From the IMG/VR virus record IMGVR_UViG_3300038393_000428, positions 1 through 45,072 of that record: a DNA stretch of 45,072 nt. One strand, given 5' to 3'. Source of the stretch: a virus (taxonomy: Duplodnaviria; Caudoviricetes). The notes beneath the pieces were generated by a model. The model was given only the letters and a program-made list of their open reading frames with translations. It was not told the origin of the DNA and did not search any database. Below, in pieces: positions 33,824-42,848 of the stretch (its first letter is position 1; every line of letters begins with the position of its first letter). The translations under genes were made by a program, and so were the position numbers.

Positions 33824-34242
33824 TGGCCGACCTCCTGTTCGAGAAGGAGCTTGGAGGCGCGGCACTGCGCCAGCTCGTCGGTGAAGGTGTTCTGCAGGCC
33901 GAGCAGCTGGTCGGCTCGGGCGTCGTCGCCCTTGGCCGCTTGGTCCGCTGCGCCGTACTGCTTCAGGTAGATCACGCGGTCCTCAGAGCGGACCTTCGAG
34001 ATCGCATCGATGGATGCGTTCTGCTGCGCGATGGTGAGCTTGTAGCTCTCCGCCAGCGCGTCCTTCTCAAGGATGCGACTGTTGAGACTGCCGATGGTCT
34101 GCTTCTGCGAAGCGACGAGGTTCTGCGAGTTGTGGAGACGGTACGTCTGGACGCCGAAGGCCCCTCCGCCCACCAACGTGAGCGCGGCCAGGACGAGCAG
34201 GATCGGCCCCGCGAACCGCGAGGTGAGTACGTTGGTGAGCAT
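33820..34242 (-). CDS. Rz-like inner-membrane spanin
   Basis: N-terminal TM, long coiled coil, C-terminal Cys. Confidence 0.72.
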   Translation of the reverse strand: MLTNVLTSRFAGPILLVLAALTLVGGGAFGVQTYRLHNSQNLVASQKQTIGSLNSRILEKDALAESYKLTIAQQNASIDAISKVRSEDRVIYLKQYGAADQAAKGDDARADQLLGLQNTFTDELAQCRASKLLLEQEVGQ

Positions 34243-34246
34243 GGGG

Positions 34247-34423
34247 TTACTTTCGGTTGATGAAGGTTTCGAGATCGTCGTCCGAAGCGAAATGCTTCCC
34301 GACGGTGTCGGCGTCCTTGCGGTAGAGGAAGGTTCCCGAGGTGATGACCACGCGGTCACCCTCGTAGATGCGATATGCGAAGCCGGTGTCCTGCGGGATC
34401 ACCGCATGACGGTAGCGGCTCAC
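34247..34423 (-). CDS. Small hypothetical protein (58 aa, MSRYRHAVIPQ...)
   Basis: GTGA coupling; fills the gap. Confidence 0.6.
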   Translation of the reverse strand: MSRYRHAVIPQDTGFAYRIYEGDRVVITSGTFLYRKDADTVGKHFASDDDLETFINRK

Positions 34424-34728
34424 TTGTCGCCGCTGCTTTCGGAGGTGAGGCCGGTGGGCGTCAGCGAGAACTTGGAGTTGCCGACGGGCCCGCCGATCCC
34501 GAGGATGTGGATCACATAGAGCATGACGAACATGGAGGCACCGAGGGTGGTCCCGAGGATCGTCACGATCTGGCCGTAGAGGGTCACCGGCCAACCGCCG
34601 AAAACGAGGATCATGGCGAGGGTTGCGACCCCGAGACCGATGGCGATCCCGGCATAGGCAATCAGCCGCCCGTAGAAGGCGCGCTCGCCCTGCTCGAAGG
34701 TCTCTGCCGGGGGGTGAGGGTTGAACAT
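34420..34728 (-). CDS. Two-TM membrane protein, holin candidate
   Basis: Two hydrophobic helices; upstream of spanins; GGAG RBS. Confidence 0.65.
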   Translation of the reverse strand: MFNPHPPAETFEQGERAFYGRLIAYAGIAIGLGVATLAMILVFGGWPVTLYGQIVTILGTTLGASMFVMLYVIHILGIGGPVGNSKFSLTPTGLTSESSGDK

Positions 34729-34731
34729 TGG

Positions 34732-35193
34732 TTACTCCGTGTAGGTTTCGAGCCAGCGGACGAGTGCCCGCAGCTCATGAATTGAGGCGTTGTTCTTGAT
34801 CGAGTTGGCACGGTGGCTGATCACCGCGACGTTGCCCTTCACGTACCCGAGGGCGGGGATGATCTTGTCGAGAGAAGGGGAGTTCGGGGTAGGCTTCCCC
34901 TCCCCTCTCTCCAGCGGGATGCCGAGGACCGGACACCTCGCAGGGATCGCGATGTCGTCCTCGGTGAGATCGAAGGGGACCTTCTGCCTCTTCGCCCGAG
35001 ATCGAGCAGCAGAGAGCAGCAGGAAAACATGGTCGCGGAGGGGGTTAGAGACGCTGCTCTTCCCCCTCCGGCAAACCTTGCAGTAGTGGTCTAGCCCATC
35101 CGCCGATTGGCGGTTCCGGTAGAACTCCTTCACCGGCTTGAGCCAGCGGCACGTGTAGCACACCTTCTCCCGCACGATGGCGGGATCGGTCAC
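34732..35193 (-). CDS. HNH-like endonuclease with N-terminal Zn finger
   Basis: CYTC...CKVC, CPVLG, PSLDKIIPALGYVKGNV.VISHRAN..KN. Confidence 0.85.
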   Translation of the reverse strand: MTDPAIVREKVCYTCRWLKPVKEFYRNRQSADGLDHYCKVCRRGKSSVSNPLRDHVFLLLSAARSRAKRQKVPFDLTEDDIAIPARCPVLGIPLERGEGKPTPNSPSLDKIIPALGYVKGNVAVISHRANSIKNNASIHELRALVRWLETYTE

Positions 35194-35202
35194 TGTTACT
35201 CC

Positions 35203-37194
35203 TTAGTGGGTCTCGGCCCAGTTACGGCCCTTGTCGCAGGAGCCCGCGAGGGGACACCTGAGGTTGAAGGCGATGCCAGCGTTGGTGATGGCGAGCTTGC
35301 CCAAGTTGCCGAGTTCGTCGGCGTAGTCGGGGTCGCACTCCATCTGGTACTCGTCGTGGACGTTGACCACGAAGCCCATCGTCTGATCGCCACGGTGGAA
35401 AGCTCCGGTCACGATGTTCGGGACCCACCCCTCGTCGAGGAGCGCGTGGAACAGGATCACCAGTGCCTTCTTCATGACGATTGCGCCGCCACCCTGCAGG
35501 AGGGTGTTTAGCGCCGAGTGGGCCGACCTGACCTTGAGCAGGCCACCGTCGAGGGTCTTGAGGTGACCACGCTGGGCCAGCCTTGCGACCTTCTTCTGCA
35601 ACTCGCCGAGCGCCGGTAGACCGGCCTCGACGCGCATACGGGCTTGCTTCCCGAGACGCGCAATCGCGGTCTCACGCGGCTTGCCCGCAGGGTGCTTGGC
35701 GTTGAACGCTTCGCGCTGCGCGGCGGTGTAGTCCTCGTAGATCACCATGCCGAGCTTCAGGAGACCGGCACCGTAGAGGTAGGCGTAAATCCACGTCTTG
35801 GCCGAGTTACGGCTGTTCAGCTTGATCAACCGCTGGTTGACCGTGTGAACGTCCGTGCCCTCTTCCTTGATGCCGTTGACGACCGTGTCCCCGTAGGAAC
35901 CGCCGTCGTACAGCGCCATGTAGTGGGCCAGCATCCGCAGCTCTAAGCCCTCGGCATCGCAGCCAACCAGCGTCATGCCGGTCGAAGCCATGAAGAGGGC
36001 GCGGCACTCCTTGCCGTAGGGCACCTTCCCCTTCGCGTTCACGATGGAAGGCACTTGGGCCATGTTGGGGTCCCAGTGGGTCATGCGACGGGTGATCGCC
36101 CCCAAGCAGCTGACGCTGCCGTGGATGCGCCCGTTGTCGCGGACCTTCTTGAGCCATGCGTTGTCGCCCTCTGCGAGCTGCCCGAGCCGCTTGTCGACGG
36201 TCAGGTACTCGACCAGGAGGCGAGCTGCGGGAATGTGATCGAGGGAGCCGAGCGTGGTTTCGTCCACCTTCGGCGCTCCGGCGTCCGTGAACTCGACGGG
36301 GATCCACTCGTAGAGCTTGATCAGCCGGTCGCTGATCTGCGGCCTGCTCGCGGGGTTGAAGCTCTTCAGCTTCACCTTCGTGAACGGCCAGCCCTTCGTG
36401 TAGTGGTACTTGTTGTCGTTCCGGCTCGGGGTCATGACGACCGCCTTGCCGTACTTGCGCTCCGGCTCGTACCAAGGACGGAAGGTGCGGCGCAGCTCGT
36501 CCTCAAGCTCGGCCTTGCGACCGATCAACTCGATGTGGAGCTTCTCAGCCTCGGCCTTGTTGAAGGCGAAACCGTAGCGCTCCTGCAGGCCGATGATGTG
36601 CTCGACCCAATGCTCCAGCTCGATGGACTCCGGCGAGTGGTTGCCGAAGTTCTTCTCGACGCACTTGCGCCAGAGGGCCTGCCCGACGAACGGGTCGTCG
36701 TAGGCGTAGTCCTCCATGTCCTGCGTGAAGTGTTCCCACGATCCGTCGTAGAAACCCTTGAGGACGCCCAGACGGACGCCCCACGCTTCGAGCTTGTGCT
36801 TGCCGACGAGACCGCGCTTGGCGAAGTCCCACGGACGCTTGCCGTTCTTGCAGGCCTTCTGGTCGATCTCCTTGATGTTCGGCCAGATCATCGGCGCGTA
36901 CACCATCGTGTCGTGGACCTTGCAGTCTCCCCGCAGCTTGAACTTCGGGTACACCTTGGTGATCGCGGGAATGTCGAACTTGATGATGCGGTGGCCGCAG
37001 ACTTCGTCGGCCTCCATTAGGAGCTGCAGGCCATCCTCAATGCTCCCGTCACGGGGAGCTGGAGTACCGTCGTGGAAGAACCCGCCGTTGAAGCGCAGGC
37101 GCTCGTCGGTCTCCTCGTTGATGATGTGCAGCGTGTGAACCTTGGTCAGCTCTGGGAGCAGGCCGTTGCTCTCAATGTCGAAGTGTAGAAACAC
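35203..37194 (-). CDS. Family A DNA polymerase (gp5-like)
   Basis: FDIESNGL exo I, DAEGLELR motif A, KTWIYAYLYG motif B, VHDE motif C; GTG start after AAGGAG. Confidence 0.97.
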   Translation of the reverse strand: MFLHFDIESNGLLPELTKVHTLHIINEETDERLRFNGGFFHDGTPAPRDGSIEDGLQLLMEADEVCGHRIIKFDIPAITKVYPKFKLRGDCKVHDTMVYAPMIWPNIKEIDQKACKNGKRPWDFAKRGLVGKHKLEAWGVRLGVLKGFYDGSWEHFTQDMEDYAYDDPFVGQALWRKCVEKNFGNHSPESIELEHWVEHIIGLQERYGFAFNKAEAEKLHIELIGRKAELEDELRRTFRPWYEPERKYGKAVVMTPSRNDNKYHYTKGWPFTKVKLKSFNPASRPQISDRLIKLYEWIPVEFTDAGAPKVDETTLGSLDHIPAARLLVEYLTVDKRLGQLAEGDNAWLKKVRDNGRIHGSVSCLGAITRRMTHWDPNMAQVPSIVNAKGKVPYGKECRALFMASTGMTLVGCDAEGLELRMLAHYMALYDGGSYGDTVVNGIKEEGTDVHTVNQRLIKLNSRNSAKTWIYAYLYGAGLLKLGMVIYEDYTAAQREAFNAKHPAGKPRETAIARLGKQARMRVEAGLPALGELQKKVARLAQRGHLKTLDGGLLKVRSAHSALNTLLQGGGAIVMKKALVILFHALLDEGWVPNIVTGAFHRGDQTMGFVVNVHDEYQMECDPDYADELGNLGKLAITNAGIAFNLRCPLAGSCDKGRNWAETH

Positions 37195-37210
37195 GGGCGC
37201 TCCTTTCAGA

Positions 37211-37296
37211 GCGTCCCTCAAAAGGGCGGCGGGAAAGGACACCCCACCACAGGGCCCCGCCACCACACGGGAAACCACCGCCCATTTGAAGGACGC
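37211..37296 (-). promoter_or_regulatory. Branched stem-loop in the DNA polymerase leader
   Basis: 12-bp plus 9-bp stems, each with a minus-strand G-U pair, enclosing two TGTGGTGG repeats. Confidence 0.65.
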
Positions 37297-37325
37297 AAAA
37301 AAGGGGGCCCCCGAAGGGACCCCCT
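37297..37325 (-). terminator. Intrinsic terminator upstream of DNA polymerase
   Basis: GGGGGTCCC-TTCG-GGGGCCCCC-TTTTTT. Confidence 0.9.
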
Positions 37326-37346
37326 GAGGGTGATCGATACGTTCAG

Positions 37347-37655
37347 TTACGCGAGCAGAGCGGCGATGCGCTCACGGACGCGGGTGGCGCGATCCAGCTC
37401 GGCGACGAGGCTGTCCTGACGCGAGTACGCGGCGTTGCGGAGAGCGCGCTCGTTCTGCAGCACCTTCGACTGACGCGCGTAGCTCGCGTTGATCACGTCG
37501 ACTTCGTGGTTGATGATCGTCTCGAAGCGGGCCTCGGCCTTGTTCAGACCAGCGATGATGCCGTTGAGGTCGCGGATCGCGGCATCGGTGATGCGCGGGA
37601 GGAGACGGCTGGCGAGCGCCAGCAGGCGGACTTGGATGGTACGGAGGAAAAGCAT
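37347..37655 (-). CDS. Coiled-coil hypothetical protein (102 aa)
   Basis: Own phage promoter, AAGGAG RBS and terminator. Confidence 0.8.
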   Translation of the reverse strand: MLFLRTIQVRLLALASRLLPRITDAAIRDLNGIIAGLNKAEARFETIINHEVDVINASYARQSKVLQNERALRNAAYSRQDSLVAELDRATRVRERIAALLA

Positions 37656-37676
37656 GAGGGCTCCTTTCGGCGTTCT

Positions 37677-37699
37677 CTCGCCGATGGTGGGGGTTAATT
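37677..37699 (-). promoter_or_regulatory. Phage promoter (AATTAACCCCCACCATCGGCGAG)
   Basis: Exact motif copy. Confidence 0.9.
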
Positions 37700-38058
37700 C
37701 AGTAGGGACGGTTGCGGCTGGCGCGTGACGGCGGCAGCTGGTGCTTCTGTTCGAGGTACTCTTGGTAGCCAGCGAGGGCCCGCCAGCAGACCATAGCCCA
37801 ATGATCGATGCCCTTGTCGTCCACCGTGTGTGTGTCGACGAGGTGACGCATGATCTTGTTGCGGTGGTCCGTGGACTTCGACCGATCCCAGTGCATGGGC
37901 TGGTCGGGGTGGTGCTGCAGTGTCGCGAGGTGCGACAGGCGAGCAACCTCGGCCAGAGCGTTCGGGAAGTAGTCCAGCAGGCCGTCGGCCATCGGGTACT
38001 CCAGACGCTTCTGCGCGTCGTCAGGCAGGGAGGTGCCAACGGGTTCAGAGTTCATCAT
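37699..38058 (-). CDS. dATP/dGTP diphosphohydrolase-domain protein (DUF5664-like)
   Basis: YFPNALAEVA, HWDRSKS, MRHL, HWAMVCWRAL. Confidence 0.75.
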   Translation of the reverse strand: MMNSEPVGTSLPDDAQKRLEYPMADGLLDYFPNALAEVARLSHLATLQHHPDQPMHWDRSKSTDHRNKIMRHLVDTHTVDDKGIDHWAMVCWRALAGYQEYLEQKHQLPPSRASRNRPY

Positions 38059-39730
38059 CGGTCTCGTTCTGGAAGGGTGATGCGTCTCCGTCCGGAAGAT
38101 CGGTAACCTCCATGAGGCCCGTCTCTCGGTTGTAGCGGAAGGCGCAGAAGGGCCCGACGGCATCGCCTGTGAGACGATCCTTGAGGCCACGGACGGTAGT
38201 GGGGCAGTTCGGGTCCTGCTTGTCGCGCTCCAGACCCACCATGTAGTGAGCCCAGTAGGCGACCGAGCGGGAGCCCCTGAAGTGCTTCTCGGTGATGCGC
38301 CCACCCTCTTCGTGGGACTTCCCGTCGGGTGTCGACAGGTGGCTCACAAGGTGGATGGTGACGTTGAGGTCCTCGGCCAGACCGGCCAGCTCGCTCATCA
38401 TCGCGTCGAGGGCACGGCGCTCGTCCTCGACCGTCGCGACCAGTGCGGTCATGGGGTCGATGAAGAAGTCCTCCACGCCTTCCGCCATGTTGAGATAGCG
38501 GATGTTGGACTTGACCTCTTCCCAGCTGCGGCTCTTCGGCTTGAGCGGGAAGAAGAGGCCACGGAAGCTCTCCATGGCTGCGCGGTGAGCGTCGGCGTCG
38601 TACTCCACGCCGGGGACGTGAACGCGCTTCTGGATCACCATACCGCCGAGGGTCTTGAGCGTGTGTGGTGCCTGCTCCTCGAAGAAGAGCGAAGCGACCT
38701 TACGGGCCACCGGAGTGATCCCGAGGCTCGAGTGATCCTCGCAGAGGTCAGGCCGCATGGCCGAAGCCATGAGCTGCTTCATGAGGGTCGACTTGCCGGA
38801 GCCCGTGCCCGCACCCCACACGTAGAGGGCACCCCGGCGGATGCCGTAGGTGTTCTTCGTGAAGGTGAGCCACGGCCAGGGCAGTCCCCATTGGGCTGGC
38901 TGGCAGGCTTCCTCGAAGATGTCGTCGAGGTCGATGATCGCGGACGGGCGATAGGGAGCCGCCGACCAGATCGCGTCGACCAGCTCCTTGGAGCGACCCG
39001 CCTTGACCATGTCGTTGGCGTCCTTGACGGGCAGCTTGGCGATGTGCGCCTTGCCCGGGCTGAACAGCGGGAGGACGTCCTCCAGAGCCTTACGCCCCGG
39101 CTCGTCCTCGTCGAAGCACAGCACCACCTTCTCGAACCCTTCGAGGAACTGAAGGGCCTTGGTGATCGCCTTCTTGGCCGAGCCCGCGCCTTGCGGCAGG
39201 GACACGGCGGGCCACGTCAGGCCCATCGCTTGGGTGACCGACAGTGCGTCGATCTCGCCCTCGGTGATCACGATCAGCTTACCGCCGGAGCGGCATAGGT
39301 GCTGGCCGAAGAGCGGCAGGGCCTTCTTCAGGTCCCCGAGGACGATGAAGTCCTTCTCGCCTTCGTGCTTGTATCGGATCTTCTGAGCGACGATGCTGCC
39401 GGTCTCGTCGTAGAACGGGGCAATGTGACACTTGCCGCCGTCGAACGTCCCGACTTGGTAGTTGTATTTCTCGCAGACGCGGTCGTCGAGCGAGCGGTTG
39501 GGGATCGCCTCAACGACGCCCGTAAGCAGGCCTTCCATGCGGGCTCCTCTGGAGGAAGGTGGTGGACCCTCCTCACCGTCGACCCGCCCGTTGTGCCGCT
39601 TGCAGGAGTGGCAATACGCATGGCCGTCGCTGTAGACGGCGTTCGCATCACTACTCCCGCAATCGGGTCGTGGACATTCGGTCTTGTAGAGGAGTTCGCT
39701 CTCGTTCAGCCCCTCCGCGTCACGCGCCAT
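38045..39730 (-). CDS. Primase-helicase (gp4-like)
   Basis: Zn finger CP..DCGSSDA...CHSC, TOPRIM EGEIDA/FDED, GTGSGKST, HLVSHL, RGS. Confidence 0.96.
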   Translation of the reverse strand: MARDAEGLNESELLYKTECPRPDCGSSDANAVYSDGHAYCHSCKRHNGRVDGEEGPPPSSRGARMEGLLTGVVEAIPNRSLDDRVCEKYNYQVGTFDGGKCHIAPFYDETGSIVAQKIRYKHEGEKDFIVLGDLKKALPLFGQHLCRSGGKLIVITEGEIDALSVTQAMGLTWPAVSLPQGAGSAKKAITKALQFLEGFEKVVLCFDEDEPGRKALEDVLPLFSPGKAHIAKLPVKDANDMVKAGRSKELVDAIWSAAPYRPSAIIDLDDIFEEACQPAQWGLPWPWLTFTKNTYGIRRGALYVWGAGTGSGKSTLMKQLMASAMRPDLCEDHSSLGITPVARKVASLFFEEQAPHTLKTLGGMVIQKRVHVPGVEYDADAHRAAMESFRGLFFPLKPKSRSWEEVKSNIRYLNMAEGVEDFFIDPMTALVATVEDERRALDAMMSELAGLAEDLNVTIHLVSHLSTPDGKSHEEGGRITEKHFRGSRSVAYWAHYMVGLERDKQDPNCPTTVRGLKDRLTGDAVGPFCAFRYNRETGLMEVTDLPDGDASPFQNETDDEL

Positions 39731-39849
39731 ACAGGCTCACGCTTCACGGGGAGCTTCACGTTCGAGGTGTCGACGCCGAGCTTCTCGGCAGCGGCAACGA
39801 ACGCATCGGTCATGGCCGTCGTGCGGCGGATCAGATCGCGGCGCTGCAT
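39706..39849 (-). CDS. Small basic protein (47 aa, MQRRDLIRR...)
   Basis: TAATG coupling; overlaps the primase start. Confidence 0.55.
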   Translation of the reverse strand: MQRRDLIRRTTAMTDAFVAAAEKLGVDTSNVKLPVKREPVWRVTRRG

Positions 39850-40073
39850 TACGCGGCCTTCCGGAGCTGCCATTCGACGTAGCGCTTTCCGGCGCTGTCG
39901 TACTTGGGCACCGAGACGATCTCCTGACCCGCTGGGATCAGGTGGGGCTTCTGGTTCTTGATCCGCCAGATTGCGCTGGCGACCTGGACGCGGCCCAGCT
40001 CGACGAAGGCGGTGCCTTCACTGATGTGGCCCCTGCGCTGCAGGATGGAGATCACTTGTTCTTCGCGGGTCAT
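39849..40073 (-). CDS. Small HTH protein (74 aa)
   Basis: GHIS..TAF.ELG..QVASAIWRIK; AAGGAG RBS. Confidence 0.75.
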   Translation of the reverse strand: MTREEQVISILQRRGHISEGTAFVELGRVQVASAIWRIKNQKPHLIPAGQEIVSVPKYDSAGKRYVEWQLRKAA

Positions 40074-40087
40074 GAGGGCTCCTTGGG

Positions 40088-40555
40088 TTACTTGGGTCGG
40101 TGAGCTTCCCACCACGGGATCGCGTCGAAGGACGGGCAGGCCTTGCGGACTCCCGGCACGTCACGGTGTCCGAGGACGACCGCGTTCGGGTGCTTGCTGT
40201 GGAGGTCGGTGACGAGCGTGAGCAGCGAGTGCCACTGCGCGTCGGTGTAGTTGTTCTCGCCAAGCCCTGCCTTCTCAGCTGGTGAGCCGAGGGGCGGCGC
40301 TCCGCCGACGAGGCAGATCGCGAGGGAGTTGGCGTTGATGCGGGGTTCGTGAGCGCCCGGGATATTGTCGGCGCGGCCCTTTTCGACCGTACCGTCCCGC
40401 TTGATCACGTAGTGGTAACCGATGTCCCGCCAGCCCTTGGCACGGTGCCACTGGCGGATCGTCGCTGCATCGATGTTCTGGTGCTTCGCATCGTTCGGCG
40501 TGGCCGAGCAATGGATCGCAATGAACCCGATGTGGTTCATGTCTTTGTAGATCAC
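40088..40555 (-). CDS. N-acetylmuramoyl-L-alanine amidase (T7 gp3.5-like endolysin)
   Basis: IHCSAT, IGYHYVI, GAH, GHRD, KACPSF. Confidence 0.95.
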   Translation of the reverse strand: MIYKDMNHIGFIAIHCSATPNDAKHQNIDAATIRQWHRAKGWRDIGYHYVIKRDGTVEKGRADNIPGAHEPRINANSLAICLVGGAPPLGSPAEKAGLGENNYTDAQWHSLLTLVTDLHSKHPNAVVLGHRDVPGVRKACPSFDAIPWWEAHRPK

Positions 40556-40956
40556 AGTTCCCTGATTTCGACGTCGATGCGGGGTTCACCCTCGATCCAC
40601 GCCTTCGAGACGAGCAGCTGCTGAACCTGACTGTCGTCGATCCAGAAGCGGCCATCCTTGGTGATGACGTCGAGTACGCCCTTGGCGTAGTTGTCGACGT
40701 CGGGTTTGGGGTGCGGCAGCTTGGTGGTCTTGGGCTTCGTCATGAAGCACCTGACCGCGACCTCGACGACGTAGGGCGTCGGGGCCTCGGGAGCTGGCAC
40801 CTTGGTGAGGAGTCTGGCGGCTTCGGCCTGCCACGTCTGGTACTCCTTGGGGGAGTACATCGACACGATAGGCTTCCGACCGCGTGGCACGATGATCCGA
40901 GCCCGGGGCCGAGGGGTCGGCATGGGCTCCATCGCGAGCGAGAACTCGACGTTCAA
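40552..40956 (-). CDS. rusA: RusA-family Holliday junction resolvase
   Basis: PRPR, KPDVDNYAKGVLD, WIDDSQV. Confidence 0.9.
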   Translation of the reverse strand: MNVEFSLAMEPMPTPRPRARIIVPRGRKPIVSMYSPKEYQTWQAEAARLLTKVPAPEAPTPYVVEVAVRCFMTKPKTTKLPHPKPDVDNYAKGVLDVITKDGRFWIDDSQVQQLLVSKAWIEGEPRIDVEIREL

Positions 40957-40990
40957 AACGACGAAAGGCGGGCCCCCGAAGGGACCCGCC
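40955..40990 (-). terminator. Intrinsic terminator after SSB
   Basis: GGCGGGTCCC-TTCG-GGGGCCCGCC-TTTCGTCGTTTT. Confidence 0.8.
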
Positions 40991-40999
40991 GGTCAGCTC

Positions 41000-41671
41000 T
41001 TAGAGATCGTCGTCGTCGTCGCCGGTCGAGCCCGCGCTGTTGTCAGCACCGAACTCGGCCTCGGCTTCGCCGAAGTCGTCGCCGTCGTCCTCGGCACCGA
41101 AGCCGCAGCTGGCTGCGTCCTTGGCTCCGAAGGAGACGAGGTTGATCACCTGAACGGCTTCCAGACGGAAGCTAACGCCGACCGTCTTGTCGTTCGCCGC
41201 GAAGTACGGGAACAGCTCGACGTTCAGCTTCAGGGTCGAACCGCCACCGATTGCCGGGGGGTTCTTGATCAGGATGCCGCGACCGTTGAAGATCGCAGGC
41301 TTGCGGCTCCACGGCTTGCCGGTCTTGGCGCTGACGCCAGACGCGGTCATGCCCGCCTTGATCATGATGCGACCCGTCTCGTCGCCGGTCTCGGGGTCCT
41401 CTTCCGCCTTGAACGGCGAGACCTTCGTGACCTTCCTCGCGAGACCAGCCTTGCCGCTCTCGGTCATCTCCTTGACGACCTCGTCGAACTTCGCGTCGAT
41501 CAGTTGCTCGACCTGTTCCTGCAGCTTGGCAAGGCCAGGATCGTTCGCGTCGATGGCGATCTTCGCTTCGTACTTGCCCGCCTTGTTGAACTTCGTGTCG
41601 GGCGTGTTGAGGCGCGGCCAGATCGCGATGCCGCGAGGGGTCGTCACCTTGGGATAGGATTTCTGCGCCAA
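41000..41671 (-). CDS. Single-stranded DNA-binding protein (gp2.5-like)
   Basis: TTPRG..WPRLNTPD.KF, IGGGS, AVQVI, acidic tail. Confidence 0.93.
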   Translation of the reverse strand: MAQKSYPKVTTPRGIAIWPRLNTPDTKFNKAGKYEAKIAIDANDPGLAKLQEQVEQLIDAKFDEVVKEMTESGKAGLARKVTKVSPFKAEEDPETGDETGRIMIKAGMTASGVSAKTGKPWSRKPAIFNGRGILIKNPPAIGGGSTLKLNVELFPYFAANDKTVGVSFRLEAVQVINLVSFGAKDAASCGFGAEDDGDDFGEAEAEFGADNSAGSTGDDDDDL

Positions 41672-41710
41672 GTTACTTAGGCCTTTCTGATTGTCTGGTT
41701 ACTGTAAGGA

Positions 41711-41881
41711 TCACTCAGCGTTGTCGAAGGCGATCAGGGCCTTGACGTCGTTGGTGAAGGTATGGGCGTCGAACCCCTGCTCCGTGGCCTCCGCGATGGA
41801 GACCAGATCGGGGATGCTCATTCCGGCTTCGGCGGCGCGTTCAGCAGCCGCCTCCACCATTGCGTCGTAGAACGACGTCAT
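41711..41881 (-). CDS. Small acidic protein before SSB (56 aa, MTSFYDAMVE...)
   Basis: ATGA coupling; T7 gp2 position but no recognisable similarity. Confidence 0.7.
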   Translation of the reverse strand: MTSFYDAMVEAAAERAAEAGMSIPDLVSIAEATEQGFDAHTFTNDVKALIAFDNAE

Positions 41882-42573
41882 GCGTTGTTCTCAGCGACCG
41901 AGGCGCGAACCGTCGGGTACGTTGCAGGCTTCGGGAACAGGCTGACCTCGTACCGCTTGCGGGTCGTCGGGGTGCAAGCATGGTAGCGGCTCGCCGTGAC
42001 GACGCCGTCCTCGCTGAACATCTCGATGATGCCGATGCGGCACTTGCCGATCTTGGCGCGGAGCCGAGCGTTCTCCAGCGTCGTGTGCGTCGTCGCACCC
42101 ATCGTGCCGTCGGCGTAGACGTTGTAGAAGTACACGCGGTCGACGACCTTGTTGACGACGTCGTCGGCGCTCTGGACTGTGATCGCGCTGGTGCTGCCGA
42201 AGCGGTTCTTTCGACCGTCGGCGTTGCGGAACTCGACGGTCTCGCCAGCGAGGTACTTGATCGCGAACGCGAGCTGGCCGTCAGCGCCCTTGCCGACGTA
42301 GCGGACGGGGAGACCCGAACGTGTCTGCAGGGGACGGTTGAGGTCGAGGGTGGCGGCGACGTTACGGAGGACCCAGAGATCGCGACCGCAGTGGTCACGA
42401 CCGTCGGCGTACCAGCCAGTGTTCGAGGTGGATGGGTCGGGGCACTCGTTGGTGTAGAACGAGCCCTTGTACTTCTCTCCGTCGAGGTACTTGCAGGGGC
42501 CCGAGTAGGTCATGGGGACGACCTTGCCGGTCTGCTTGTTGACGGCTTCGAGCGGCTTGTTGATGTCGATCAA
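41878..42573 (-). CDS. Hypothetical protein with two DxN(K/R)PL modules
   Basis: TTG start after AGGAG; internal duplication. Confidence 0.8.
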   Translation of the reverse strand: MIDINKPLEAVNKQTGKVVPMTYSGPCKYLDGEKYKGSFYTNECPDPSTSNTGWYADGRDHCGRDLWVLRNVAATLDLNRPLQTRSGLPVRYVGKGADGQLAFAIKYLAGETVEFRNADGRKNRFGSTSAITVQSADDVVNKVVDRVYFYNVYADGTMGATTHTTLENARLRAKIGKCRIGIIEMFSEDGVVTASRYHACTPTTRKRYEVSLFPKPATYPTVRASVAENNA

Positions 42574-42848
42574 CGCAGTTCTCCTGATGCGTAGGAGGCA
42601 ATCGCCTCGATGTGCGGGTTGCGGACGGCGTCAGCGTCGGTGAGCTGGCGGTTCGCCCGGGTGAGGAGGTCGTGGGCGTCGATGCCCAGCGTCCGAGTGA
42701 TGATCGCCAAGGTGAGCGCGAGGGCTTCGACCTGGACGTCTGCAGGGTGCTTCTGCAGGGCGTCGATCACTTGGAACGACGGGACCTTCAGAGGCCGCAG
42801 GGAGGACCGGAAGGCGATCCGGTCGCGGACTGTGTGAGGCGCGATCAT
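42570..42848 (-). CDS. Hypothetical protein (92 aa)
   Basis: Coupled at both ends. Confidence 0.78.
   Translation of the reverse strand: MIAPHTVRDRIAFRSSLRPLKVPSFQVIDALQKHPADVQVEALALTLAIITRTLGIDAHDLLTRANRQLTDADAVRNPHIEAIASYASGELR

Noticed and set aside
37274-37281. GCGGTGGT (Caulobacter Chi, from recall) on the minus strand
   Set aside because: Single copy within a stem, host unknown, expected by chance
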